Part shown: piece after piece, positions 27,626 to 41,319 of the stretch | Numbering within the stretch: the stretch's first letter is position 1 | Layout: every line of letters begins with the position of its first letter | Notes under the pieces: generated by a model | The model's input: only the letters and a program-made list of their open reading frames with translations | Told to the model about the DNA's origin: nothing | Databases searched by the model: none | Made by a program: the position numbers and the translations under genes | NCBI RefSeq assembly: GCF_021028975.2 | Contig: NC_059426.1 | Span: forward strand, 150,288,001 to 150,352,000 | Direction: 5' to 3' | DNA: 64,000 bases | Origin: Sphaerodactylus townsendi | Taxonomy: Eukaryota

Positions 27626-30600
27626 ATCTAACTCCCTCTCTCGCACCCAGGTTTCAGTCATGCAAGCCAGGTCAATCTGCTGGGCCCCAAGAAAATCCCG
27701 GAGCATCGCAGTCTTATTGTTTATAGACCTGGCGTTTATCAACACCAACGACGAAGCAGGGAACTGCTGAACCCAACCACCTTCATTCCTCGGGATAGGT
27801 CAGAGGTCAGAAGACGGACGAGCAGATCTGCATCTCATCCGTCTTCTCTCATATGGCCACCACCTACCATCATATTTACCCCATCCCACCAATACTGGAA
27901 TCCCCAGTCCCAAAAGTGGTGCCCCCATAGTCCTACAATCCTCCCTTACTTACAAGCCCACTAAAATAATACTACTAAGCAGCCCTACCTAGCTGCTAGC
28001 TAACCTAACCTAACCACTAACCACTAATAGTGAGAGATCTCCAGCTACCACCTGAAGTTTGGCAACCATACCTACCTCATAGGGATAAATAGGGAAGACA
28101 AATAAAAGGAGGTTTTCCAAGGCATCCAACAGAACCTGGGACAAAGCCTCCTTCTGTCACATACACAGAAACATTTGTAAACTCTTTGCCTTTCCTTTTG
28201 GATGACCAGAATTTCTCTTCCTCTCTGCTTTGACTTTTAAATACACAGTTGGATTCACCATTCCCATCCAACCAATCTTCCACTCTTTCCCTCTCATCCC
28301 ATGAAACTCTCTTCTAGCTGAAAGCTAGTTTCTCTGAAATCAGAGGAAGTAAAGGGACTCTGCTTTGATCTCAGCATTTGCATTTAGATGTTTTTACAGT
28401 GCCTCCTGCACATTTGTCTCTGTCTCCTAGCAGGGTTGTAAACTAATGAGGCTACCTCCATACTCCTTGTTGAAATATTAATTAGATAAATAGCATACTG
28501 CATGGTGTAAAGTCCCAGAGAAAAAATCACAGGCCACACTTTTTAAAGTAATTCTCACAGTCTTTTGTGTAGCCTTGTTGGTACTACTTTAGTAATAAAG
28601 AAAATTCATTTATTTCATCAAACCATTTAGTGAAATGCGTGAGCAGGAAAATGCACATTTGTCATGGGAATAAACAAATCCACCAATAACACTGGGTCAA
28701 GGGATTGAAAATGTTTGAGTTTGAGATCTCCATTTAATCACAGGTACAGGTCTCTAGAGACATTTGTGCATTAGAATAGAGAATCATTATCATTTACAAA
28801 ATGCTCAGTGAAGGAATGACATGGAGCAGGCGCAGAGCTTTTAATTTCAGTACTGCAGGTTACCACTCTGCACCCTGGGGCCCTATTGGTCGTGCTTAAA
28901 GGCACAAAATTACCTTCAAAAGAAAAACTTTTCAGATATGTCCTGCAATGCAATGCACAAATTGTTGAATTCTTTGTGTCAGCCCACGATAAATGTAACC
29001 ATTTGCCATTAGTAAGAGATGTGTATGTTTCCAGTTTAAGTTCAAAATACTATTATCATCTTGCTTCAAACTGTTTCTATATCATGCAATCTCTTTTGCA
29101 GTAGTCTTCTCTTCACTTACCGCTTGAAAAACCCACTTTTTTGAGTAGCCAGCTTTTTAGCATGAGTCAGCCTTTCTTTTGAAATGGTGACGGCATACTA
29201 TAAAGCCATTTTTAAAAATCAGGTTAAGATCAATGAAAAACTTATTTGTGAAACTGAAATTATTTAGGCTTTGCTTTCATAGTCCGAGAAGGTTGGGACA
29301 GATGATTTATGATGAATCAAAGTAACAAAGTTAAACCATGGACAATGGCACAGGCAGGTATATCAAAATGAGTTCGGGTGATAGATATTTCAAGTTAACA
29401 AAAAACTAGGCCTGAAAGCAACTCCGACCCCTCTAGTCATAAAGAACAGCAGTCTTATACCAGAAATGTGAGTTCAGTAGAACCCAAGTCTGACCTGAAC
29501 AGTTCACTGATGTAAAAGAGCATAGAAGGGGGCAGCTCTGTTTAGGATGGTGTTTTTGTTCACAAGTTTTCCTGTGCATATAATGAATGTCTGAGCCAGT
29601 AGATTGCAGTTCATCATTTTTAGCTATAGCAACTTCCACTTTGAATTGTTATGAATCATAGAAGTTACTATGAGCCAACATAACATACTGAAAGCCCCAT
29701 CCAAAGGGGGTGGGCAAAAGGGTTCTAGAGAGAGCAGTGTGGCCTTCTGTTGGCGTGTTTGCCCTCCCAGGGCACTCACCCCAGTAGAGGGGCACACACG
29801 TTGGTGGATGCCCATCCCACAGCCCCCCCACTGCGGAACCCAGAAATTCAGGCTGCGGTGGGGTTTGGCTGGAGTCCCTCTTGGATGTCATCCTGTGGGA
29901 GGGGGGGTTCCCAGAGGTGGAGCCAACAGGAGAGTGGAGGTGGGGGATGGGAACAGCAGTTGATGACTGCATGACATCACTTCAGGGAAAATCCTGAAAG
30001 TGGTGTCATATCTCTCTAGGCCATACAGAGGACTGACAGCAGTTCCAAGAATCACTGGGAACTCTATGGTTTTATGATCAAATTTCTGGCACTTCATAGA
30101 GAGGCATGATGATACTTCTGGTTTTCCCCCAGAAGTACATCTTGCCACAGGTCCAGTGGCCATTTTTTAATTTTATTTTTTCCTCCCACCACTGTGAACA
30201 GGAGCTGGGGATGGGGAGGCTGGGAGACTGGCAACCGTAGTTGGATTCAGCTAGATTTTTCATTCATTTCTCACCCAATTCTTCTCCTTCCTACACCCTT
30301 CATTCCACATGACCATGGTATATGCAGGTTCCATAATCTCCATCATAGCATTTTTATTGACCAGTAGGGAACCCTCCTTCCTTTGACATCAGCAGAGAAG
30401 CTGATTAGGTCTAGCCTATTGTTCCTTATTTGTATGTAGCATGTTCAACTGTCAGTGGCGATTCTTCACTGAAGTAATATAATCATGCTTCATTTCTCTA
30501 ATGTACCCAAGTTTTCCAGATAATCCAAAATTCAAATTAGCGACCCAACAGGTACTACAACATTTTAGTGCCATGGAACAATCTGAGGGGGGAAAAGAAT

Positions 30601-32046
30601 TAATACCTGAGGTTTGGTTAATTAGAACTTCAAATCCATTCTTCTCATTGTGCCTTGTGACTTTTTTCAGTACTTTGGGGAACAACACCACATTTCAGCT
30701 TTGCTACATTACAACCGTGTATTACAATTCACAGCAAGTAAATTCTGTTTACCACTTTCTGGCAGGAGAAAATTAGGAACATGATTTTGGGAGACATTTA
30801 GGGGTGCTTCAGGAGGGGACAGTGAGAAAATGGAGCTCTGCAGACTGCAGGCAGAAATCCTGGCCTGCATAGAAACAATTCTCTGGATCCAAGTCATTGA
30901 GCAGACTGCTCAATATGAAGAAGTCACTGGCCAGAGGCAGCATGCAGTATTTGCTTCCGCCACTACTGCCCTGCTGTAGGTTTGCAGAACTACCTGCTGA
31001 TATGTTAGGCAAAACTATTACCTGTTAGCCTAAAGTGAGCATACAGTAGAAAGCAACCAGGAGCAAATGCATTTACACTGAGTCAAATCAAAACCCTCCT
31101 CCTAAACTGGTGATTGTCTAAAACAACTCTCTGGAATGACAAACATATCAGCACAGTCTTTGTTGGTGGCGAGATGTGTGTGACTGGTTAACATCTGCTG
31201 TGTTCAACTTATCTACTGAGTCACTTTCTCCTCATTCTCCCACTCCCACCCTTTATCTTCTTGAACTCTCAGCCAACCAGACAGATGGTAGAATAATGGA
31301 CAGATTGGACTATTTTCTAACATTACCAAAGGTCATTAATTTTCCAGTTCAGATTAATTGTAACTATTAAAAAAACACAGAGTTCTTCAGTTCAGGTTTT
31401 GATTAGTTGCTATCCAACTTCAGATTCCCATGGGAAAAAAAGGCTTATTGTACAATAGAACCATTATGTACAATCATATGATTTTAATTTACAGTACCAA
31501 ATACTGTGTGTTGGGAATATTAATAAGTGAAGGACTGCATTAAAAACATCAGGCAGCTTGGCAGAAATCTGCATGTTATACAAATTTATGACTTTTGCAT
31601 GTAGGGCTGAAAAACATTAAACTTTTTTTTTTAAAAAAAAGATCAATAAAAGAAAATAACTTTCTACAAAATGCAAATTTGAATACACTACTCGCTTCTC
31701 ATTCACTTGTCCCTGACTTTTGTTTTAATAGCAGTAGAGTTTATTGCTCAGGTAATTACCATGCCCCCCCCAAAAAAATCAACTCTACAGTTTAATCAAT
31801 TAATTTTGAACCAATGGTAAACTTCTTTTTTTAAAAAAGTTGAATGGAAATAGATTCTGAGCCATATATGAAGGCAGTACTGCTTCTAACAAGAGCAAGC
31901 AGGGTATAGTGTTTAAGAGCGGTTCTAATCCTCACTCCTCTACATGTTGGGTGACCTGGGGCCAGTTACAGCTCCCTCAGAACTCTCTCAGCCCATGTAG
32001 AGGTAGTAATGTAGAGCCATTCGCGGCCTTGTAGAGGTGGTAATGT

Positions 32047-32547
32047 AGAGCCATTCGCGGCCTTGGCCCTGCTTATCTGAGGGACCGTCTCTCCCTATAC
32101 CGCCCTTCTAGGCCCCTCCGCTCGTTGGAGGCGGACCTACTGGTGATCCCTGGCCCCAAGGCAATCCGGCTGGCCTCTACAAGGGCCAGGGCTTTTACAG
32201 CTCTGGCCCCTACCTGGTGGAACAGGCTTCCAGGTGAGATCGGGGCCCTGGGGGACTTACAAAGTTTCCGCAGGGCCTGTAAAACGGACCTGTTCTGCCA
32301 GGCGTTTGGCCAGCCGGGATGATGTCAACTCCGCCATAAGAACATCTGGCCTCCCGTGGGTACATAAAGGGGGAAGGAGGGGTTGTTTAGTATTTTATAG
32401 TATAGTACAGCCATCTGTAGTTAGTATTTTATATATTATTCTATTGTAAATTATGTATTTGATGTTTTAAATTGTTTTGATGTTGATGGACACCGCCCTG
32501 AGCCTTTGGGGAGGGTGGTATACAAATATAAATAATAAATAAATGAA

Positions 32548-32578
<31 letters not shown>
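32047..32578 (+). mobile_element. Young L2 3' fragment inserted into a Sauria-tailed SINE
   Basis: RARAFTALAPTWWNRLP...FRRACKTDLF; (TAAA)n tail; SINE halves at about 31900-32010 and 32580-32660. Confidence 0.9.
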
Positions 32579-32579
<1 letters not shown>

Positions 32580-33249
32580 GACAACCCATCTCCAAAGGTC
32601 TCTTGCCTTAAAACCCTATGGGGTCACCATAAGTCAACTTGACAGTACTTTCCACCACTGCACTGCCTCTAACAATGACTAGATCTGAAGAGTGTTAAAA
32701 AGAGAACAGATGAAGCTAGGGTTTGAGCATTCCTGAGCACCACAATTTGGCTTTAGAAAGAAGACTGGATTAAGGAGAACCGCTCTAAATTCATATCTTT
32801 CAGGGTGCCATTTTTGAAATAGCTAAATGATAAGATTTGAATCACACATTGCGCCTCCTGTCCTTGGTATTTGTACAATGTTACCATCTAATCAGTATGC
32901 CATAGAATATAAAATATGAATAATAACTTAATTCTACACCCAAATATGATCTCCTGTGGCACAAGTGAAATTGATATCCTGGGCAAGGAAAACAGGACAA
33001 TGCCACACAGTCCTTTTCCCCTCAGTTGTTCTTTTGGAAATATTCTTGAGAGTTAAATTTTGCTTCTAGATGTATGGAAAATTTCCACTTAGTATACCTT
33101 TCGGATTAAATTGTTTATGTATTTATATGTATAATACCTTTCTAGACATCCATAGTAGTGTACATACAACATAAAAACAATTTATATAAAGAATACATAC
33201 ACCAAATCAAACACAGTCCTCAAAACCCAAATTCAAGTTGTCTAACTGG

Positions 33250-33725
33250 TAAGAACATAAGAAAGAGCCTGCTGGATCAGATTTGAGTCCATCTAGTCCA
33301 GCACTCTGCTACTTGCAGTGGCCTTTGGGAGCTCACATGCAGGATGTGAAAGCAATGGCCTTCTGCTGCTGCTGCTGCCGAGCACCTGGTCTGCTAAGGC
33401 ATTTGCAATCTCAGATCAAGGAGGATCAAGATTGGTAGCCATACATTGAGTTCTCCCTCATAAATATGTCCAAGTCCCTTTTAAAGCTATCCAGGTTAGT
33501 GGCCATCACGAACCTCCTGTGGCAGCATATTCCAAAGATCAATCACGCGTTGGGTGAAGAAGTGCTTCCTTTTATTAGTCCTAATTCTTCCCCCCAGCAT
33601 TTTAGTACTGTTTTAGTATTGTGAGAAAAAGAGAAAAAAAATTCTGTCAACATTTTCTACCCCATGCATAATTTTATAGACTTCAATCATATCCCCCCTC
33701 AGACGTTTCCTCTTCAAACTAAACA
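33250..33725 (-). mobile_element. CR1 3' end
   Basis: taagaacataagaaagagcctgctggatcag terminus; same family as 63775-64000. Confidence 0.8.
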
Positions 33726-34249
33726 GTCAGTGATTAAATAAAATCCAACCTACACAGGAAAATCTCAGGACCAAATTGGCTGTGACAATGCCATTGTCAT
33801 TTTAAAGGGATTTAAAGATACTGCAAGGGCCCAGTCCTAACTGGCCTTGCAGTGTGGTGATCAGAGACATTCTTGTCCCCGTCCTCGCCCCAATGGCTTT
33901 TCAGCTACTGAAACAGCCACAATATCACAACTGTTTGGGCACTTGAAAAGGCACAAGGAGAACAAGACTACCACAGCCTGCCACACTGAAAGCCTGACTG
34001 GGCCCTTGCCCTTGGTTTTAAAAATCATTTTAAAATGGTGACAGTGGCCATGGGATGAATCTCCAGACCTGAAGAATTATATATTTTTATTTAGAGAATT
34101 TCTCTGCTATGACTTAAGGCAGATTATAAAATAAAACCCAATGAAACAAAAGTTATTTTGAAACCTAGCATTCAAAGCCCAGCCAGAACATAAATACAAC
34201 ATAAAACTCTGAGTAGTTTAAAAAAAACAGCTCTCATGTTGTAAATGAT

Positions 34250-34790
34250 GGTAAAGTGATCCACCTTGCAATTAAAAGCCTGAGTGAAAAGGAAATTTTA
34301 GCCTGGAGCCTAAAAGAGAGTAGGGTAGGCACCAGCTGAGTCTCAAGGGGAAGAACATTCCATAGTTCAGGTGCTACTGCTGAATAAGCCCTTTCTCAGT
34401 CTCCCACCTCACCTCACATTTGATGTTGTAATAGGCAACCCCCTCCAGATTATCAAGACTGCCATGGAAAATGCATTCATTTTGCCTCAGGGGAACAGAT
34501 CTGATTCAACAAGGGAATTCTCAATTGCTGGGCAGATCTCAAAAAGTATGTCCTTCATATACAACAAAAACCCCAGACTGTACTGAGCTTCACAGCATAT
34601 TGAACTGCACCATGAGACTAACTGGTAGTAGATGGTAGCTATCTCAAAAAGGCAAAATGTGCCCACCCGACTCCAAAACTGGCAAATAATGGGCAACTGT
34701 ATTCTGTGCCAGCTGAAGTTTACAAATCATCTTCTTGGGCAGTCCTGAGTAGAGTTTATTATAGCTATCTTGCCTGTATGTTACAAAAAC
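34250..34790 (-). mobile_element. Old L2 3' fragments
   Basis: Minus strand gives LYSGLPKKMICKLQLAQN-like and AFSVAPELWNVLP-like remnants. Confidence 0.6.
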
Positions 34791-35349
34791 CATGACAAAT
34801 AAGATTAAAGTGGATGAGTCGGGGGGGGGGGATTAATAGAGTTGGCAACTTCCCAGTGGGGACTGGAATTCTAGACTTACAACTGATCTCCTGGCTACAG
34901 AGATTCGTTTCCTTGCAGAAAATGACAGCTTTGCAGGCAGAATCTATAGCAAGTCCTTGCTTCCCTCAAACTCTACCCTCTTTTGGTTCCACCCCTCAAA
35001 GTGCCAGAAAGTTCCTGACTTGAATTTGGCAACCCTAGAAAGCAATCTATAGACTAGATGCAAGTGGAAGAAAACATTTCAGACACCAACACAAACTTTT
35101 TTTCCAAATAAGAGCACTGTTTCACACACACATTCAAATAATCCACAAAAAAAGTTCATCTGATCAGTGGGAGCACTACTCTCCATTAATCCAAGGATAA
35201 ATTAATCCATTTCAGAGCAAGTATTTCTTACTATAATAATATCTACTTAGTTCTTCTTACCATCCGAAGTCCTGAAACCTTTTTACATATACCTGCTATA
35301 CACATTTAGGGATTTACTGACAAGGGTCAAATTGAATGGGCAAGGAAAA

Positions 35350-35470
35350 GCCAGTTGGTTGTGGTGGGTTTTTCGGGCTGTGTGGCCGTGGTCTGGTGGA
35401 TCTTGTTCCTAACGTTTCACCTGCATCTGTGGCTAGCATCTTCAGAGGTGTATCACAGAGGGAAGTCAAC
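35350..35470 (-). mobile_element. Penelope-like pLTR fragment with hammerhead-like core
   Basis: Minus strand cctCTGAAGAtgctagccacagatgcaggtGAAAcgttagg. Confidence 0.7.
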
Positions 35471-37049
35471 AGACTTGCACTTGCATCAGACAAAATAGTA
35501 ATAGTAATGGTGGTAGTAGAAATACCAATAGCAGTAGTAGTAGTAGTAGTAGTGTCTGCAGCAGCAATAATGGTAATAGTAGCTGCTATTCCCAGAAATG
35601 TACTGAGAAATTTTTTAAAAAGGGAAACTGAAACCTGTTTTCATTGTTTGGAGCCATTTCTTTCTACCTTTAGCCTCCACAAAACGTTTATGAAATAACC
35701 TCAAGAATAATACTCTAATGAAGAAATAAATTATTTGCAACATAAGCTTCTGGAGAGAAAAGTACTAATAATCTCAGTAGACCAGCCTCATGCAGATGTG
35801 CTGAGACAAAACCACCCATGGAGATGGAATGATCTCCAAACCTCAGACCCGTGGACAGACGAAGCAGTATATATTTCCTAATCCAGACAGCACCTGCCAG
35901 ACTCCTGATTTTGTTTCACTAATTCTAAACCATTGTAAGTGGAAATGAATTATTATATATATTCTTGAATGTATTTAAAACATATTTGTTTTGTGATTGA
36001 TGCTGGGATGACAATGGAGAAGACCCCAGTGACTCACTTCAATGAATCTGATATGACTTCTGCAAAGTTCATTAACATGATATTAATTCCCTCATCAAAT
36101 ATTATCCCATTCAGTAAGTATGTACTTCAACAATGAAGAGCAAATAAGCAGCCATTTAAACCAGTATTCTTAATATGTAGAAAATGCAACGCTAACATGT
36201 TTGGGTACATCTCACATGGAGCAAGCAAGTGGGGCCCAGTCCATACACCTTTGTACACCAGTGAAAAGCTCACTCTAACAATACTAGAGTGTGTTTGACT
36301 TCCTTCAATGTTTTGCACACTTATAAGTTACTGGAACTTTAAACTGTTCACCAAATAGAAAAGTGAATTGAGTTTGGTTGCATTTTCAGCAGCTGTTGAC
36401 AGCTATGGGGTGCTGTCCAGCCAAAGGTAAGCACTTTCCATTCTGGCTGATTTCAGTGTCAGAATTATGCATGTATATAAGGACCAAAGCAAATGTGACA
36501 CTGGAACATCTGTATTTCCCCTTATTTATAAGCTGAATTGCAGAGGTCAACTTGGACCAGAACTGTGATGCACATACAGAGGGACTACAACCATTCCACT
36601 CTGAGCTATTTTAATAATTGAAATGAACCCCTTCATATGACTGCTGTTAACCCCAGAAAAGGGGGAAAAAGACAGACAAAAGGAGAGTGTCTGTCTTTTT
36701 TCCCCCTTTTAAGCCTAATGTGTGGGTAAAAGAGAGCAGATTGAATCATGGGTCTTACCTGGTTTGAATCTTTCCCATTGAAATCATTAGGACTTAAAAG
36801 ATCACAAGCTGTAGTTCAGCTGTCATCAACCTTTTAGAATTGAAGAGCCCAATTTTAGAGGAACTGATCAATAAAGAGAAAGAAAGCCAATTTGCATAAA
36901 TAAAAATTCAACATTATTGAAATTTTTAATTTACTGAATCCCTGCCTTTCCTTATAGTTTAATGTAGCTATGTTACTTAATAATTTATAAATGTGTTTCT
37001 ATTCCTTGACACAATCATTAAACAAAAGAGAGACTGCCAGTGCCACCAT

Positions 37050-37560
37050 GAAGAAGCTTGGAAAGGTTTTTAAGTGAGACAATGTCACTGGAGATCAAAA
37101 TCAGGATAATTCATACTACAGCATTCCTTATTACTGTGCATGGATGTGAACGTTGGACAATGAAGCAAGCAGACAAGAAGAAAATTGTTTCACTTGAAAT
37201 GTGGCATTGGAGGAAGGTTTCATGGATACAGTAGACCACCAAAAAGACAAGTAAGTGGGTTCTAGATCGAATCAAGCCTGAATTCTCTCTAGAAACTAAA
37301 ATGATTAAACTGAGGCTATCACACTTTGCTCACATGAGAAGGCAATATTCATTGGAACAGACAATAATGCTAAGAAAAGTTAAAGGTAGTAGGAGAAGTA
37401 GAATATCCAACATGATATGGATTGACTCAATAAAAGAAAGTCATGGTCTTCAGTTTGCAAAACCCGAGCAAGGCTGTTAATGATAGCATGTTTTGGAGGT
37501 CATTAATTCACACGGTCACCCTAAATCTGAAGCAACTTGACGGCACATAACACACACACG
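37050..37560 (+). mobile_element. RTE/BovB-like LINE 3' remnant
   Basis: HGCERWTMKQADKKKIVSLEMWHWRK (YGCESWT...FEMWCWRR motif); (CA)n tail. Confidence 0.85.
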
Positions 37561-38029
37561 TTAGTGAATAATCCAAAAAATTGCTGCAGGCCTAATACTG
37601 GTGGTTAGGAAATAATACGCATGAGGTCTTACAATAAGTAATAAATGTATACAGGTTTCCCTATGTGGTTGTAATGAACTGGCAAAAAACTGTGCTTGGT
37701 TTGCACTTGAATTACTGACAACTATTTGCCTCAATCATTTCCCTTTCTGTAAAGCATTTTTAAGAAGCCCTTTAGCCTCATTAAAAAAAAAACTTTTGCC
37801 TTCCCTTCACCAACTAGTTCTTTCTTCCCACCTACCCCTCCAATATACTTTAACAAAATTTTAAATTTGAAGATATATTTAAGTTAATTTAAAGATTTGA
37901 TTTTTTTTTCTGAAACAGCCAAGTTTGATTCTATACAGAGACACATTTGACTCCAGGTTGTAGATCCTGTTCTATAGTTTAATCATGCCATGAGTGTTTA
38001 ATCTTACACACAGATCTTAGAAATGGCTG

Positions 38030-38216
38030 CATCTGGTTCTCAACCTGGAGGTCGCGACCCCTTTAGGGGTTGAATAACCCTTTCACAGGGGTCGCCTAAG
38101 ACTCTCTGCATCAGTGTTCTCCATCTGTAAAATGGATAAATGCTAGGGTTGGGGGTCACCACAACATGAGGAACTGTATTAAAGGGTCGCGACATTAGGA
38201 AGGTTGAGAACCACTG
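38030..38216 (+). mobile_element. SPIN/URR1-like hAT-Charlie non-autonomous element
   Basis: tggttctcaacct..ggtcgcgacccc..cctttcacaggggtcgcctaagac and ggttgggggtcaccacaacatgaggaactgtattaaagggtcgc..cattaggaaggttgagaaccactg match SPIN/URR1 ends as I recall them. Confidence 0.82.
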
Positions 38217-39119
38217 CTAGTGGAACATACCACAGCAGAATCCTCTTATTTTAATGGATGCACAGCAGGCCAGCTAAACAGATTAGCATCTCCTTGACCT
38301 GACTGACACATGAGTCTCTCTGTGTCCGAGAACATCAGGAAGCCAGTGGGTTCAGTGAGTCTTATGGGCAGCAGTATAATTAGTTTCCGCTCACAAGTAG
38401 GGAACTGGGGATGCTTACCATTTCAAGAAAAGAGAAATATCTCTATGAGCATTTTGTCCTGGACTGTAAGGCAAAAGGACCAAGAGATCATAGTGGATTA
38501 CTTTTGTTCCACTAAATCTGAATCTGTTGAGCAGCTTCCTTCCTCCCATGAAACATGCTACTGATATGATGTATGATGTGATAGTAAGGCTATAGAGTCC
38601 AAGCAAACATATTTGCCACTACCACATCACAAAGGTATGCATCAACTTGGAGCCACCTGTGGTAAGTTCAGATTTTGAGCCTAAAGTACACTATATAGGA
38701 GAATGATGAGGTACATTGTTTAAGGCTAAGCAGGACTTAGTCTACTGGGTTTCTGGTTGGGAGAACATCTGGAAGCCCCATATAAACCACACTGAATTTA
38801 TTGAAAGAAGAGCAAGATGGAAGAGAAATCAATGTGTGTGTGTTTGTGCATAGTTCAGGCAAGATTCCTTACATCCTCTTACATAGGTATATCATGTTCA
38901 ATTTCCCTTTGTGTGTTTGTCTGTGGGAATGTAATAGTAGTAGTAGTAACAGCAGCAGCAGCAGCTGTAAGAAATCGTTACCTTGAAATCAATATTTGAG
39001 GAATGCACTATTTCAATGCAAATGGAACCTAGTAGGTATAAGGTTGGGATTTATCATATATGGTCAGTCTTTGGCAAAGATGCTCACTGCCCTATCAACC
39101 CTCCATAGCATCCTGAGCT

Positions 39120-39870
39120 GATGAAACAAGGGCCCCTGGTTCCCTTATGTAAATACCAATATCGAATAATCACTGACTGTATGCTCCTTATATTAGCGAT
39201 TAAGGATAGATTAGACATTCTACTTGTCTACTGGCCACCAAGTTCCCAAGTGGAAACCCTCCATGAGTTGGCAGACATATTGTTGGATGTGGTAATGGAA
39301 ATTCTTAGACGGATTATTCTAGGGGACTTCATTCATGACAATGATATCCTGTTCAAACTAGCCCAGGATTTTATAGCTTCTTTGATTGCCTTAGATCTCT
39401 TCCAGGTTATGACAGACACAACGGATTAAAGAGATCATACCCTGGACTTAATCTTTTACACTGTAGGAAGGTTTGGTTTCAGGGCAGGAGATCTGCTTTG
39501 GCCACTACCTACTGAAATCCAAGGTGACTGTGGTCCCAGCAACCCGCATGAAACTGGACCCAATTAACCTGGTCCTCATACAAAGGGTCATAAACATTAC
39601 AGGATTCTAGAATACTTTGGGGGATTTTAGGATTTTGAACATGTGCCCTGTTGAGGCTGCAATGGAAACATGGAACCAGAACCTCCTTGAACCTATCAAC
39701 AAGGTTTCATCTCACCAACCTCTCCCACTCCTGGGATGAAACTCAGTCCCCTTGTTTACCATGGAGCTGGGTGATCTGGAAACAGGAGATGTCTAGAATG
39801 GCACTTGCTGAGAATTCATACTGAATGTAACAGATCATTCTATAGGACTCCTTAAGCAGCAATGACAGAA
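39120..39870 (+). mobile_element. Old L2 ORF2 5' part (APE endonuclease remnant)
   Basis: ILLVYWPP...IILGDF...DHTLDLIF motifs. Confidence 0.8.
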
Positions 39871-39879
39871 ACAAAGGAA

Positions 39880-40450
39880 AGTTGCATATGTGTTTGGTGG
39901 AACTATATCATCTTTTTTCAGGTTTTTAATTTAATGATTTAAAAACCAAAGTTTTTCGGCAGAGCTGAATAGCCTCGGTGCCAAAAGAGTCAAATGTAAT
40001 TTAAAAAAAAATGGGGGGGGGGGGAGCTTCAACTAAATGCTGGACTAGTGTTTAGCACTCAGTTGAAGCACTCCCTGCCACAGTTTCCCAGATGTGGATA
40101 GTCCCAGGAAATGGCGATAGGGAGCACAGGGCTTCAACTAATGCTAAACTTCTGCCTAGCATTCAGTTGATGCTTTCCTCAACATGGTTTCCCATGTCTG
40201 TGTGAACCTGGGAATGGTGGCATGGCAAGCAGAGCTTCAACTGAATGCTGGACTGGAGTTCAGCAATCTGTTGACGTTCTCCCCCTCTGCTGTCCCCAGG
40301 TCCCTGTGGACTTGGGAAATGGCAGCAGGGCGAGGGGAGCACAATCTTTTTCATTTGTTAATCAGGTTTATTCAACTTTACCCAAAAAATTCAGGTTTTT
40401 GAAACTCAAACCTGGAATTTATTGAAAGAAAGAGATTGTGCACCCCCTAG
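39880..40450. mobile_element. Old DNA-transposon-like insert with repeated hairpins, lying between the two L2 pieces
   Basis: Three gcttcaact.aatgct...agca.tc.gttga units; right end tgtgcaccccta. Confidence 0.5.
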
Positions 40451-41319
40451 TTAAGTGCTATCAAGTTGCTTCTGACTCATAGCGACCCTATGAATCAATA
40501 CTTCCTTAGACAAAACTTAAAGCACATAAACTTAAAAAAAAAACCTCCTGTGCTTTAAATTGCAGTCAAGATGTTATGCTGCTCAGCTGCTCAGTTTGAC
40601 TTCAGCTGCTTTTTTCTCCGGCACTGCAGCTTAGAGAGATTTTATTGCAACTCAGACTTTTCTTTTGTTTCCCTTTCGACACCAGCACCCACCTATTTAC
40701 TTTCTTCCCTAGCACTTTGTGTTGCTTTTAACAAGTCTCTTCCCTAGCTCCAACCAGTTCAAAGGTCTTGCAAAATGGAGCAAGCTTAAATGCTCAACCG
40801 TGCTTGGCAAGTGTGTAACGCCCGTTGCCACAGGCTTTCAGCTGCCTCCAGTGTGGGCTTTTCCTGGAGGTTTCTATCAACCTCTGAGGGTGGGTGCTTT
40901 GATGCTCTGCTGTCTTCCCTCTGTCTGAGAAGGGAGTAAAATCCACTCCCTAGATTTCTCTTACATTAAGGGAATCTCACTGAGAGTGGGAAACAAAACA
41001 AAGCATGGGTGATTCCTGAGCTCACTTGTAGACGCTCCACTCACAACCAGAAGTCCCAGAGTCTAGCATTCTTACCCACTACTCCACGTTGGGTTCTTTT
41101 TTCCAAAATACTCTTTTCCTGCCAACACCACAGGTCTTTACAGAGACACTAAATACATCTGACCCCCCCCCCTCCCCATTCCAAGAGTTCCAACCTACAT
41201 TCCTGTCAGGTTTTTTCCTGCTTCTACATGCTTCCAACTTTGAAACAGCATTATTCAGAATGGAGTTTTTCATTCACTAGTTTCCTTAATTCCGTCACAA
41301 AAGTCCTTAAGACAAATTA

